DNA of 64,000 nucleotides from a bacterium. Its GTDB lineage: Bacteria; SAR324; NAC60-12. A program made the position numbers and the translations under genes. Shown here in pieces: positions 1-9,974 of this stretch (the first letter of the stretch is position 1; each line of letters begins with the position of its first letter). Location of the stretch: NCBI GenBank assembly GCA_965209155.1, contig OZ242383.1:3296001-3360000 (forward strand), written 5' to 3'. The notes under the pieces are model-generated. The model ran no database searches. It was not told the origin of the DNA and was given only the letters and a program-made list of their open reading frames with translations.

Positions 1-2
1 AC

Positions 3-194
3 ATGGAGGTGGCGCCATGGCTGGCTCTCTTTCCCGGTCTTGCCCTGACGATTACCGTCTACTCCTTCAACATGTTCGGTGACGCCCTCAGGGACCTGCT
101 CGACCCCAGGCTGCGGGGCGGTCAGGGAAGCTATGGTGCCAGGAAACGCAAACGAAGCCTCCTGGCCCGACTGATCAACCCGTTCAACGAGTAA
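3..194 (+). CDS. ABC permease C (OppC/DppC-like), 3' end only (runs off window)
   Basis: PWLALFPG...NMFGDALRDLLDPRL C-terminus shared with the full paralogs in the window. Confidence 0.9.
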   Translation: MEVAPWLALFPGLALTITVYSFNMFGDALRDLLDPRLRGGQGSYGARKRKRSLLARLINPFNE

Positions 195-259
195 GCGCAC
201 CCTAAGAATCTGTCCCTGTTACAGACGTGGTTGTCGTGAGAAACCGAGGAAAAAATTGC

Positions 260-1045
260 TTAAACATCTGGATCAATTCCTGATTTTTTCAAGATTTCCC
301 TTAGACGTTTTTCCATAGCTTCCGCCTCTTCCTTGTCTCGCAGGGCCTCTTCTAAAAGCTTTTGCCTGGTTTGTTCCTCACGGATCGCATTTTGACGGGC
401 TTGATAGAGGTGATAGTCTCGTTCTTTTTCTGAAAATCGCTCCAGGACTGCCATGGCTTGCCTCATGTTAGGGGTGTTGATGATTTCGGGTAATTCCTGC
501 CAGTGCTCGGCTTCTTTAAAAAAATAAAGCCATTCATCTTCAGGATTTAATCTCTCGGAATAGTGCCATTTGTCTAATTCTAAAAGATGGATCGAGCAAT
601 GCTCCGATAACCGTTTTTGGTTTTTCTGATCAAACATTTGAAAGTGATGGTGAAAGGCAGGACTTTTGGGGAGCAAATTTTCAGTCAACATCCAAATGGA
701 GATCACCGGACGTAATGCTGAGAATGGCTCCCCACTTTGTAACTGGGATTGATAGATGTCACTCCACGTGTAGAGCATCCTCTCCGGTAAATAAGAAAAA
801 ACTGCCAATTGAATTTCGACCTGATAGGTCCTCCCCTTTTCATCTCTGGCTTTCACATCGACAATCGTCAACTTGTCCGAATAAAACTCGCGTTCATTAT
901 AGGGGTTGAGGATTTCGACATCCAAAATGGGAAACGGTGGCGCCAGGACAGCATTGAGGAAATCAAGCAGTAAGTTCTTATTTTCCTCTGCTCCCAAAAT
1001 GGCCTTGTAGACACAATCGACTGTCGGAGAAATGCGATGTTTCAC
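260..1045 (-). CDS. Rpn family / PD-(D/E)XK nuclease-like putative transposase
   Basis: ISPTVDCVYKAILG, DVKARD, YQVEIQ motifs and charged C-terminus; likely GTG start at 1045 with GAGGAG RBS. Confidence 0.85.
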   Translation of the reverse strand: MKHRISPTVDCVYKAILGAEENKNLLLDFLNAVLAPPFPILDVEILNPYNEREFYSDKLTIVDVKARDEKGRTYQVEIQLAVFSYLPERMLYTWSDIYQSQLQSGEPFSALRPVISIWMLTENLLPKSPAFHHHFQMFDQKNQKRLSEHCSIHLLELDKWHYSERLNPEDEWLYFFKEAEHWQELPEIINTPNMRQAMAVLERFSEKERDYHLYQARQNAIREEQTRQKLLEEALRDKEEAEAMEKRLREILKKSGIDPDV

Positions 1046-1778
1046 CAGGATACTCCTCAAAAAAGGAACAAGAAAGCCCTTGTTTTCAATCAGCTTATCA
1101 AAGCGTTTGGGCAACAGCGAGATTTATTTGTTGTCCCTATGTCTCGAAGAAAGTTTTAAGCATCGCAGAACTGAAAGAGTTTTCCCCGTTATCTCAGCGG
1201 AGCATCGAAACGCGTGCCGAGAGCGCATCAGTCCTTCAGGATATTGCCATCATCGTTCTTTTGTGATCGTTTTCAAGAAATCGCTTTTTGCTGAAGGTTT
1301 TTAAGAATTTCGGCTTGTTTTTCGTTTTTTTTATTGATAAGTTTCAACGAAATCAGCCTTGGGTGGAACGTTTTATTTCTATTTCGCTCTTATTTTGAAC
1401 CGAACCTCATCTAAAACCTCAAATCCTCCCCAGAGGATTTTTAGAAACGTTCAACGGGGAATGGGAAAGTGCTAAAAATGTTGACTTCCATATCCAAATA
1501 TGAAAAATTATTTTCGTTGATCATCAGAAGACATTCATGAATGAGTCGCCCTGTTCAAAAAACCTTGATACATTTGCAGAGCGATTATACTATTTCCAGG
1601 TATGAGAAAAATTTGCTTTAAATGACTAAATCGGATCCGTCTTAAAAAATATGTTGATTTTCTTCTGGATATAAAATATTTTCCTTAAAGAGTCGCTGTC
1701 GCGAAATGGCTTTTCGCTGTCAGCTATCAATCAGGATGACATGAAAGTCTGAAATTAACCCGTCAAATATAAAATAGC

Positions 1779-1808
1779 TTGACAATAAGGTTAATATGAG
1801 AGTATCAT
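1779..1808 (+). promoter_or_regulatory. Putative sigma70 promoter of SBP module 1 (type A leader)
   Basis: TTGACA-18 bp-TATCAT; homologous TTGACA-containing segment upstream of the minus-strand module 5 (about 45796-45825). Confidence 0.6.
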
Positions 1809-1813
1809 TCAAT

Positions 1814-1860
1814 CACCCGGCACCCGGCACCCGGCACCCGGCACCCGGCACCCGGCACCC
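1814..1860 (+). repeat. Heptamer tandem repeat (CACCCGG) x6.7
   Basis: Perfect tandem directly visible, followed by degenerate heptamers to about 1900. Confidence 0.97.
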
Positions 1861-2213
1861 CAAGTTCTAAGTTCCCACATTCTGAATCCCAAGTCCCCAG
1901 TTCATTGGGTTGTCCCCCCTTATCTTATCTCGACTTCAGGGAGAGATCTTTGAAGTTGTACCTCAGTTCATCAGCCAACGGAAATTCCTCGAGCAAATTG
2001 AAAGCTCAAGGTCCATGGCCCATCCTGGAGCCAATGAATCGGTTTTTGATAGGGTAATATTCATGGTGAATATCGCTTTTTTAACTTTTTATATCAGAGG
2101 TCAAAATGAAAGTAATAATCAGAAGCATCGTCGAGAACGTGCTTTCGGGAACGAAAGCAGGTTTTAAATCAATCCTAAATCTTGTTTTTAATCAAAAAAA
2201 AGAAAGGAAAAAG

Positions 2214-4010
2214 ATGGATAATCAAAAAAGCAAATCAACCTTCAGTGCAATCCTGCTGGCCTTCATCCTGAGCGTGACCATGCTCTGGGTCAGTTCGGCT
2301 GTGGCAGCCGAGAAAAAGATGGTTAAAGATCCGGCCACTGGTAAAATGGTAACCGCACCGGTGTATGGCGGGACATTGACCTATCCCCATAACAGAGCAA
2401 GCGAGATTGTAGACCCCTTTACTGTTGGCCCCGCAGCGGGCTGGCTCATAGACGGTGTCAATGAGAAGCTCGCCTACGGAAACTGGGGACTGAATCGGGA
2501 AGAATATGACTTTAGAGACTCTCACGCCCCTCTGTTTGCTTTCACCGGAAATCTGGCGAAAAGCTGGGAAACGCCTAACCCACTGACGTATGTTTTTCAC
2601 ATCCGTCAGGGCGTTCACTTCGCTCTCGATCCGGACAGTGAGGCCAGTCGGCTCGTAGGTGGTCGCGAGCTAACCGCCGATGATGTCGTCTATACCTATC
2701 AGCGCAATAACGCTCTGGGTGACTTCACCGAACGTCCCCTTAGGGCTGGCTCAACTATCAACCTGCCATGGGAATCGATCGAGGCCCGCGACAAATATAC
2801 GGTTGTTATGAAGCTGACGGAGCCGTCTATCAATGCACTGGACGCTATCATCCGGGAATGGCAGGATTGGATATTACCTGCCGAGGTAATCGAGCGATAC
2901 GGCGACTATAAGGACTGGAGGAACGTGGTCGGCACCGGTCCCTTTATACTGACCGACTACGTCGAGGGCGTCTCCAAATCCTATATCAAGAATCCTGACT
3001 ACTGGGGCTTCGACGAAAAATACCCGCAGAACCGCCTGCCCTATATTGATCAGTTAAGGGCTCTGAGAATGGCAGAAGAAGCCACACGTATCTCGGCAAT
3101 ACGCACGGGTAAGGTGGATATGAATCATCACGCCGGCGTCGTTGACATAGGAAGCATCGACGTGGTAAGGGGCCTCCAGAAAACCAACCCAGAAATCAGG
3201 GTATGGCCATTTTTCCAGCGAAATTTTCAGTCGTTTGGTCTGAACATGCGCATCGCGCCGTTTGATGACATCAGGGTGCGCCACGCGCTGCAGATGGCAC
3301 TGGACCTGGAGACGATTAACGATACCTACTATGACGGTTATGCAAAGGTGGAACCTGGGTATATCGCCGTCAAGGGGTATCACACGCCATTTCAAGAGTG
3401 GCCCGAAGAGCTCAAGCAATACTACAGGTATGACCCGCAAGGTGCTGAGAAGCTGCTTGATGAGGCCGGCTATCCGCGCGGCGCGGACGGCGTTCGATTC
3501 AAGGTCGACTATATGCATCGCGACATCTTTGATTTGGGGTTTGTCGAAATAGCTGTCGACTACTGGGCAGAGATTGGCATTGAGATAACGATTCGTGTTT
3601 TCGACTGGGGGACTATAGGCCCTGCCAAAAGAGAAGGTAATTATGAGATGGCCATTGGCGACTGCTCCTGGTATTCGCCTCCTGCCGTGCTCGTAGGCAA
3701 CTATCGCGCGGACGAACTATGGTCGCAGGAAACGGTGGGCGGAATCGAGACTCCTGAGCTGACCGCCGCCTATGAGGCCTTCTTCGCCGCTACCACCATT
3801 GAGCAGCAAATGGCGTCAGCAAAAGAGTTCGATATGGCCGTGATGAGGCAGCACAATCAGGTATGCGGTCCTTTTGCCCCACATTATCAGGTGAGCCATC
3901 CGTGGGTCGGAGGTTTTAGCGGTGAATGGGCGTTGGGACAGTTTAGCCATCATACTATCTTCGCCCGCCTCTGGATTGACCAGGATCTGAAGAAAGAAAT
4001 GGGGTTTTAG
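2214..4010 (+). CDS. Family-5 ABC substrate-binding protein, module 1
   Basis: Signal peptide, YGGTL, LAKSWE, VGTGPF, PFDDIRVR motifs; ATG 2214 with AAGGA RBS (ORF open from 2106). Confidence 0.92.
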   Translation: MDNQKSKSTFSAILLAFILSVTMLWVSSAVAAEKKMVKDPATGKMVTAPVYGGTLTYPHNRASEIVDPFTVGPAAGWLIDGVNEKLAYGNWGLNREEYDFRDSHAPLFAFTGNLAKSWETPNPLTYVFHIRQGVHFALDPDSEASRLVGGRELTADDVVYTYQRNNALGDFTERPLRAGSTINLPWESIEARDKYTVVMKLTEPSINALDAIIREWQDWILPAEVIERYGDYKDWRNVVGTGPFILTDYVEGVSKSYIKNPDYWGFDEKYPQNRLPYIDQLRALRMAEEATRISAIRTGKVDMNHHAGVVDIGSIDVVRGLQKTNPEIRVWPFFQRNFQSFGLNMRIAPFDDIRVRHALQMALDLETINDTYYDGYAKVEPGYIAVKGYHTPFQEWPEELKQYYRYDPQGAEKLLDEAGYPRGADGVRFKVDYMHRDIFDLGFVEIAVDYWAEIGIEITIRVFDWGTIGPAKREGNYEMAIGDCSWYSPPAVLVGNYRADELWSQETVGGIETPELTAAYEAFFAATTIEQQMASAKEFDMAVMRQHNQVCGPFAPHYQVSHPWVGGFSGEWALGQFSHHTIFARLWIDQDLKKEMGF

Positions 4011-4018
4011 GGTTTCGC

Positions 4019-4984
4019 ATGAGAGCCTATCTCATTAGGCGGCTCTTGCTGCTGATCCCCACCCTGTTTCTCTTGTCCGTCCTGGTCTTTCTCTCGGTGC
4101 GCTTCATCCCAGGCGATGTCATCGACATCATGGCCAGCAATATATTGGGCTCTGGCGGCGCCGTCGGCGTGGTCGATCGCGCGGCCATGGAACGTAGGCT
4201 CGGCCTGGACCTGCCGATCCACGTGCAGTACGGCCGCTGGATCGGCGGCATCCTCCTGCGTGGCACCCTCGGCGAGTCGTTGCTGGGAGGTTGGCGGATC
4301 GAGAAGCGGCTATTCGATCGCTTGCCCATCACCCTGGAGCTGGGCGTCATGGCCATCCTCATTGGGCTGGTGATCGCGCTACCCGTCGGCATTTACTCGG
4401 CGATTCGCCAGGATACCGCCGCCGACTACGTGGGGCGCATCCTCGCGATTCTCGGCCTGGCCACCCCCAACTTCTGGCTGGGCATTATGGTCATGATCTA
4501 CCCGGCCATCTGGTGGGGCTGGTCGCCCCCGATGGAGTTGGTGCCTTTTGCCGAAGACCCGTGGGGCCACCTGGGGATCCTGGTCATTCCCAGCCTGATT
4601 GTGGGGACGGCCATGTCTGCCGCCACCATGCGCCTGACGCGCACCATGATGCTGGAGGTGCTCCGGCAGGACTATATCCGCACCGCCTGGGCCAAGGGGC
4701 TCAAGGAACAAACGGTCGTGCTGAGACACGCCGTCAAAAATGCCCTCATCCCGGTCGTCACCCTGGTCGGCTTGCAGTTGCCTCTCGTGGTCGGGGGGGC
4801 TGTGATCATTGAAAACCTCTTTAACCTGCCGGGTTTAGGCCGTCTCCTGGTGGATGCCCTCTCTGACCGGGATTACCCGGTGGTCTCCGGAGTCAACCTG
4901 TTTTTCGCCTGCATCGTTTTGTTGAACAACCTCTTCATCGACCTCATTTATGCCTATTTGGACCCCAGGATCCGGTATCAATAA
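4019..4984 (+). CDS. ABC permease B (OppB/DppB-like), module 1
   Basis: MRAYLIRR start, QDYIRTAWAKGL EAA loop, LDPRIRY end. Confidence 0.93.
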   Translation: MRAYLIRRLLLLIPTLFLLSVLVFLSVRFIPGDVIDIMASNILGSGGAVGVVDRAAMERRLGLDLPIHVQYGRWIGGILLRGTLGESLLGGWRIEKRLFDRLPITLELGVMAILIGLVIALPVGIYSAIRQDTAADYVGRILAILGLATPNFWLGIMVMIYPAIWWGWSPPMELVPFAEDPWGHLGILVIPSLIVGTAMSAATMRLTRTMMLEVLRQDYIRTAWAKGLKEQTVVLRHAVKNALIPVVTLVGLQLPLVVGGAVIIENLFNLPGLGRLLVDALSDRDYPVVSGVNLFFACIVLLNNLFIDLIYAYLDPRIRYQ

Positions 4985-5021
4985 GGAGATTTCCGGATAA
5001 GAAATTCCCCTCCTGGGAGGG

Positions 5022-5101
5022 TGTATAGACTTGGGTGATGGGTAACAAAACGTACCGGGTGATGGGTAACACCTGGTCCCATGTGTTAGGAGGACAAATG
5101 C
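5022..5101 (+). mobile_element. IS481-like left-end remnant
   Basis: TGT start, two 15-bp direct repeats GGGTGATGGGTAACA (5033, 5057), then AGGAGG-ATG with no following ORF. Confidence 0.4.
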
Positions 5102-5177
5102 TTGTGTCATTGACCCCGAAGGGGTTGAACATACCAGCCCAGGGCAACGCCCTGGGAAACAATGGCCCCCTCAAATC

Positions 5178-5245
5178 AGCCCTGAAAGGGCGTCACATGG
5201 GACACGGGGATTGACCCCTGATTGATGTGACGCCCTTTCAGGGCT
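5178..5245. repeat. REP-like 21-bp perfect inverted repeat
   Basis: AGCCCTGAAAGGGCGTCACAT (5178-5198) / ATGTGACGCCCTTTCAGGGCT (5225-5245). Confidence 0.85.
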
Positions 5246-5399
5246 AATCCTTGGGGAATCTCCGAACCCAGAATAGGGGACAGGCAAATTATTTTAAAGC
5301 ATCATTTCGTTGAAATGATTGATCGCAATCAGCAATATACACAATCCGAGCAGCTAACCCTGGTGCACTTGATGGGTTCAAAAAGGCTGGAATTTTCTT

Positions 5400-5744
5400 C
5401 TACATCTCAAGGATGGTTGCTAAAGCTTTTTTGATGGCAGTCATGTCTTGTTGCGTGACACTTCCTAATTTTCTGACAAACCGTTGCTTGGATACAGAAC
5501 GTATTTGAAACGTGTCTACAGCAGAATCTTTACTGAGTCCATTTTGAGGGGTGGGTGGCATTTTCACCATCCAAGGAGCAATGCCATATCCTTCTTTCCA
5601 ATCAGTTTCAGGAACAATGACTTTCAATGCTAATATGCCAATCGCATCGGCACTCAGAATGATAGCAGGACGTGTCTTAGTTATCTCGTCTCCTTTGGTT
5701 GGACGAAGATTGATAAGCCAGACCTCACCGTTTTTCATCGTCAT
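5400..5744 (-). CDS. mazF: PemK/MazF family toxin
   Basis: GEVWLINLRPTKGDEITKTRPAIILS and DTFQIRSVSKQRF motifs. Confidence 0.9.
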   Translation of the reverse strand: MTMKNGEVWLINLRPTKGDEITKTRPAIILSADAIGILALKVIVPETDWKEGYGIAPWMVKMPPTPQNGLSKDSAVDTFQIRSVSKQRFVRKLGSVTQQDMTAIKKALATILEM

Positions 5745-5967
5745 ATTCGTAAAAAGCCTCCTCATCAAGAGCAGTAAAAGCAGTTAATTCGGGATCGTTT
5801 GCGTAATCGTCCTGTAAAGCAATTGCAGCTTGTTCTAATCGCTTTTGGAGAATTGTCTTTTGCTGAATAATGACCGCTTCCAACATTTCTTCAATAGTTT
5901 GTCCTTGCTCTTCCGCTAAATCTTTGAGCCGCATATAATTTTCATCACTCACCAAAATCGACTGCAT
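5725..5967 (-). CDS. Putative antitoxin of the MazF-like toxin
   Basis: 80 aa, overlaps toxin start, AAGGAAGGA RBS, acidic tail DYANDPELTAFTALD. Confidence 0.75.
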   Translation of the reverse strand: MQSILVSDENYMRLKDLAEEQGQTIEEMLEAVIIQQKTILQKRLEQAAIALQDDYANDPELTAFTALDEEAFYEYDDEKR

Positions 5968-6300
5968 GGCGTCCTTCCTTCTGATGGGAGTGTTTAATGT
6001 GAGACTGAGGCCAATCAACTTTGAGTATAGCGATTTGAGGAAGAAAGCACAAATTGGAAAAAAGAAATATGCAAATTGGAACAGAAAAACAAAAGTGGAT
6101 TCAATTGCAAAAGCTTTTCCCGATATTTCAGTAACTCCAATGGCATCACCAATTTGTCCTTGTTTCCGGCGTAAACGCCCCCGATAGAATACCAAACGCT
6201 AGCGAGCCGTAGGCCATAAATCCAATATTGTTGGCCGTCGGGCGTGCATTCCGAGGTCTCGTCCGTCAGAGCGTCATTCATGTAGTCCGGCATCATTTTC

Positions 6301-7233
6301 AAGCCCAAACGACGGGGCCGGCTGGCTGATTTCTTTATCAGGCTATGGAAGGAGAAGCCCCTGGGCACTGCCTGTGGAATGATCATCTTGCTCTTGATTT
6401 TTGTCGCTATCTTCGCCGATGTTCTGGCTCCCTATCGCTATACGGAAATGCACCTGGTAGACAGGTTGACTGGCCCATCAGCCCGGTATCTGCTGGGTAC
6501 CGACCAGATAGGGCGAGACCTCCTGAGCCGCCTGATCGTCGGGGCTCGCATTTCCATGCTGGTCGGTCTGTCCGCGACCACTCTTAATCTTGTGGTCGCT
6601 GTCCTGATCGGCGGCATCTCAGGATTCCTTGGGGGAAAAGTGGACCTGGTGGTGCAGCGCTTTATCGACGCCTGGATGGCCTTCCCGGGGTTGCTGCTCC
6701 TGCTGACCATCATGTCCATTGTGGGACAGGGTCTCCCCCAGATCATTGTGGTCTTGGGGGTCACCGGAGGCATCGGCGCCTCCCGAGTCGTCAGAGGCGC
6801 TGTGATCGGTATTAAAGAGAATGACTATTTTCTGGCCGCCAGGGCCGTGGGCACCCCCACAAGCCAAATCCTGGTCCGCCATGTCCTGCCCAATATTATG
6901 GCGCCCGTCATCATTATCTTCTCCATCAACATCGGGGGGGTGATTATTTCCGAGGCCTCCCTGAGCTTTCTCGGATATGGTCTGCCTCCCGAGATTCCCA
7001 GCTGGGGAGGCATGCTCAGCTGGGATGGACGTCGATACATGGAGCAGGCGCCCTGGCTGGCGCTCTGGCCCGGTCTTTGCCTGACAATTGTCGTCTACTC
7101 TCTCAATATGTTCGGCGACGCCTTGCGGGATCTGCTCGATCCCCGGCTGCGCGGCGGAGAGGGCAGTTACGGCACTGCGAAGATGAAACGCAAACGAGGC
7201 TTCCTCGCCAGATTGATCAATCCTTTCTCTTAG
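6301..7233 (+). CDS. ABC permease C, module 1, native 5' start lost
   Basis: Homology to paralogs starts at KPKRRGRLADF (6301); in-frame TAG at 6283 and no ATG before 6379. Confidence 0.85.
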   Translation, partial: KPKRRGRLADFFIRLWKEKPLGTACGMIILLLIFVAIFADVLAPYRYTEMHLVDRLTGPSARYLLGTDQIGRDLLSRLIVGARISMLVGLSATTLNLVVAVLIGGISGFLGGKVDLVVQRFIDAWMAFPGLLLLLTIMSIVGQGLPQIIVVLGVTGGIGASRVVRGAVIGIKENDYFLAARAVGTPTSQILVRHVLPNIMAPVIIIFSINIGGVIISEASLSFLGYGLPPEIPSWGGMLSWDGRRYMEQAPWLALWPGLCLTIVVYSLNMFGDALRDLLDPRLRGGEGSYGTAKMKRKRGFLARLINPFS

Positions 7234-7250
7234 GAGGCTCTCCCTCATCT

Positions 7251-7493
7251 ATGAGGCCGCCAAAGCCAATAACCAAGGATTACTGGGGGCTTTATTCCAA
7301 CGCTGCCCAAAAGGGAGTTTACGTCAAATGGAGGGAATTCCTGGGACAAGAGGTGTGGGAAAGCAAGAAAGAACCCCAGGATTGGCAGAGTGTTCCGGAG
7401 CGGTGTTTCCCTGAAGATTCCACGCAGTCCTGGTTCTGTCCGGTTTGCGGCAAGCGATTGAACGCAAAAGCCTTCAGTATCCTCTCTCTATAA
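7251..7493 (+). pseudogene. Possible IS91-like transposase C-terminal remnant (also 35699-35941)
   Basis: PPK..YWGLYSN...W...CPVCGKRL resembles the YYGLYSN...CPxCG tail of IS91-type Y2 transposases. Confidence 0.35.
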
Positions 7494-7721
7494 CAATATT
7501 TAGAGGAGGTCAATCGATTTTTTTTGTTCCTCTTAACTCCTCAGGGGCGAGTGCTTGTCTCATCCTGGAGTTGATCCTCGCTGTTTTCTGTGTCAGTTCT
7601 TGAAAATACAGGGCAATTCTGCCCTTCCAGGAGCGAAAAGCAGGAGATGCAGAGCAAATCATGTCAAGAAGTGATGCGCACTCAAAATAAGCAGCTTTCG
7701 CAAAAAGTTGCTTGAGCTTGC

Positions 7722-8579
7722 TTAGGAGCGATTGAGTTGAGATTGAAGCTGTTGAAGCAGGTTTTGTAACTCTTCTTTCCTTTTTCGAATCAACTCTTCT
7801 TCAGGAGTCCTCTCTTGTTTGAGAAGGTTTTGAGTCATGTGGATTTGACCGATCAGTATCCCTTCTTCTCGACCTTCTTCTCGACCTTTTTCCAGACCTT
7901 CTTCTCGGCCTTCTTCCAAACCTTGTGATTTTCCGATTTGGATCAGTTCTTTTCCGGCGACGGTTTCGTCTAATGGGGTCAGTTTGAGCATCTTTTCTAT
8001 CTCCTCTCTCGTCAGTTTAGAAAACTTCTCTACAATAGCATAGGTTAACAATTCTATCAAATGCCTTTTTTCGGACTCCGGGGAATCCAACCTCTCCAGA
8101 GTGGCTTTCCATTGCGGTATTTTTTCTGCCAATTCTTCCCGGCTCTCCAAGACCAAAGGTTCCAAAACCATCAGCGCTTTGTGATGATGTCCTGCTTTTT
8201 TAAGACTGTCGGCTAAATTGACTTGGATCAATTGATTCGGTGGTAAACAGGAAAAGGGGAGATCTTTAGGGTCATATTTTTCATCAATATACAGAACAAT
8301 GGCGATGAAGGGTTGGTCATCCTCACTTTGCAGATAATAAGTCGTCAATTCTTGAAAGAGACGCCAAACAACTTTTTTATCGTCATAACCTTGTACTTCT
8401 AAAAAGAGGTTGGGTCCTTCTCCATCGGTGCGCCTGAAAAATCCATCGATTCGTCTTTCCACTCTCTTGAGGGTGATACTTTCAAAAACATACGAACCCT
8501 GTAAATTCAATTGAAGCAATTGGATCAGGGCATCCGGTTTCAATTGAAAAAATTCGTAAAACAATTCATCGGTTCTCAA
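7722..8579 (-). CDS. Rpn family (DUF2887-like) nuclease/putative transposase
   Basis: RTDELFYEFFQ start (TTG 8579, GGAG RBS), RRIDG..FLEVQG nuclease motif, EGREEG repeats. Confidence 0.85.
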   Translation of the reverse strand: MRTDELFYEFFQLKPDALIQLLQLNLQGSYVFESITLKRVERRIDGFFRRTDGEGPNLFLEVQGYDDKKVVWRLFQELTTYYLQSEDDQPFIAIVLYIDEKYDPKDLPFSCLPPNQLIQVNLADSLKKAGHHHKALMVLEPLVLESREELAEKIPQWKATLERLDSPESEKRHLIELLTYAIVEKFSKLTREEIEKMLKLTPLDETVAGKELIQIGKSQGLEEGREEGLEKGREEGREEGILIGQIHMTQNLLKQERTPEEELIRKRKEELQNLLQQLQSQLNRS

Positions 8580-9049
8580 AAGATTGCTCCGTTTGATGAG
8601 GTTTGACATGAATGATTTCCCCTATCTTATCAATCTACCAAAATAATCTCAATTTATTTCATCCCTCTTGCCTCTTCCTCACCCTGCATGGACCCTCCCT
8701 CCTCTTCTTTCCCAGTGGAGCATCCTTTTATGTTGTTTCCTTTGATGTCAATGTGTTATCGTTTATTGTGATTCGACTGATAACCACTCAAGAAAAAAGT
8801 GCCAACCAGCGGTTCACTGAACGCCCACCCCCTGCGCTTTTCACGAAGTTTTGTGGCAAACTGTCAGTTCATCTCTATTCCAAAATCGGGGTCACTCACT
8901 CATTAGAGGAATTTGCAAGATAAAAAACACTTTTCCGTCCACAAATCAGGGTAACCCATTTGCGTGTAGTCTTCAGCACTTGGCACTACAATTTTTTATA
9001 AACGCACCATTTATTTCAAGAGTTGGAGTCATTTCTTCAAAATGGATCA

Positions 9050-9325
9050 AAGGAACGCTCCAGTCACTCATCAGGATCTAGGAGTGGGCCGATCTTCAGG
9101 TTCCCGACTCCCCAGGCAATGGCCCCAGAAAAACGTATGTACCTTGTGGTGTCCAATGGTTGGTACAGGCTTTTGGCTCACGGTTCCGTCCGCGTCCATC
9201 CCCTTGATGGCTCACCGCAAGGGCGTTCGAAAATTGTATCGCATTCATCTGAAGGGTTGGAGACCGGTTTCCAATCAGGCCAATGGCTCGTTGTCCAACC
9301 CCCATGATGGTTCACGGTCTCCGTT
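9050..9325 (-). ncRNA. Putative bridge/seek RNA of the IS110 element
   Basis: Stem GGAGACCG/CGGTCTCC (9259-9322) encloses an internal loop containing ATCAGGCC, identical to the element flank 9966-9973; second loop resembles the element ends. Confidence 0.6.
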
Positions 9326-9355
9326 ATCAATCGATTTAAGCTTTCTTAAAGCATT

Positions 9356-9877
9356 TTATTTTCCAAACAAACGGCTGGCCTCAAAATCCACTTGATCTCT
9401 CATGACAAAATAGCTGGCTCGCGCCAGTTTACTGGCTAAGGCTTTGATGGCCACCACCGCCTTCGTTTTTGATATTTTTTTCTGGTAATATCGTCGTGCC
9501 AGCTCATCACCGTGCGCTCTTCTTTCGGATAAATATAACCTTCCGCCAGTATATTAAGCCGCAGAAGATGAGCCAACCAGAAAGCGTCATACTTATCATT
9601 GCTATGTTTCAGTCCAGTATATTGAGCATTTTTTAGCAGGATTGGCCAAATGAACCGGATATCCCTCTTCCATCAGTCCGTCGATTAACCAATACCAATT
9701 GAAAGTCGATTCTACTACCGTTCCTGTTAAATCCTTTTTATAGGGAGACAGAGCCAGTAAAACCGCTCTCAGATTATTCTCTAATTTAACTTCAACTAGT
9801 CGCTTATCAGACTCATCAATGATACAAAGATAATTATTGTTTGAATGTAAATCGATTCCTGCATATAATTTTCCCAT
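9356..9877 (-). pseudogene. IS110 transposase, frameshifted and internally deleted
   Basis: YAGIDLHS, VVESTFNWYW, VHLANP, then DKYDAFWLAHLL in another frame, then C-terminal AIKALASKLARASYFVMRD. Confidence 0.85.
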
Positions 9878-9947
9878 GAGACATCTCCTGATTATGGTAA
9901 AAAAATAAATGACTGAAAAATATTACCATAATCCGGGACGATGTCTC
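9878..9947. promoter_or_regulatory. Hairpin occluding the IS110 transposase RBS
   Basis: GAGACATC..GATTATGGTAA / TTACCATAATC..GATGTCTC inverted repeat adjoining the ATG. Confidence 0.6.
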
Positions 9948-9974
9948 ACCTCCTGCTAGATGTTTATCAGGCCT

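Larger units (their letters stand above)
7234..8650. repeat. Segmental duplication, copy 1 (post-permease block plus Rpn gene); copy 2 at about 35682-36605
   Basis: Near-identical sequence on direct comparison; copy 2 has an internal deletion. Confidence 0.9.
8951..9966 (-). mobile_element. Decayed IS110-family (IS1111-like layout) element with long downstream non-coding region
   Basis: DEDD transposase pseudogene, structured 3' non-coding region, ends inferred from guide/flank matches. Confidence 0.7.

Noticed and set aside
5995..6300. Specific IS end or SBP fragment
   Set aside because: Looks like mobile-element debris, but no motif could be assigned with confidence
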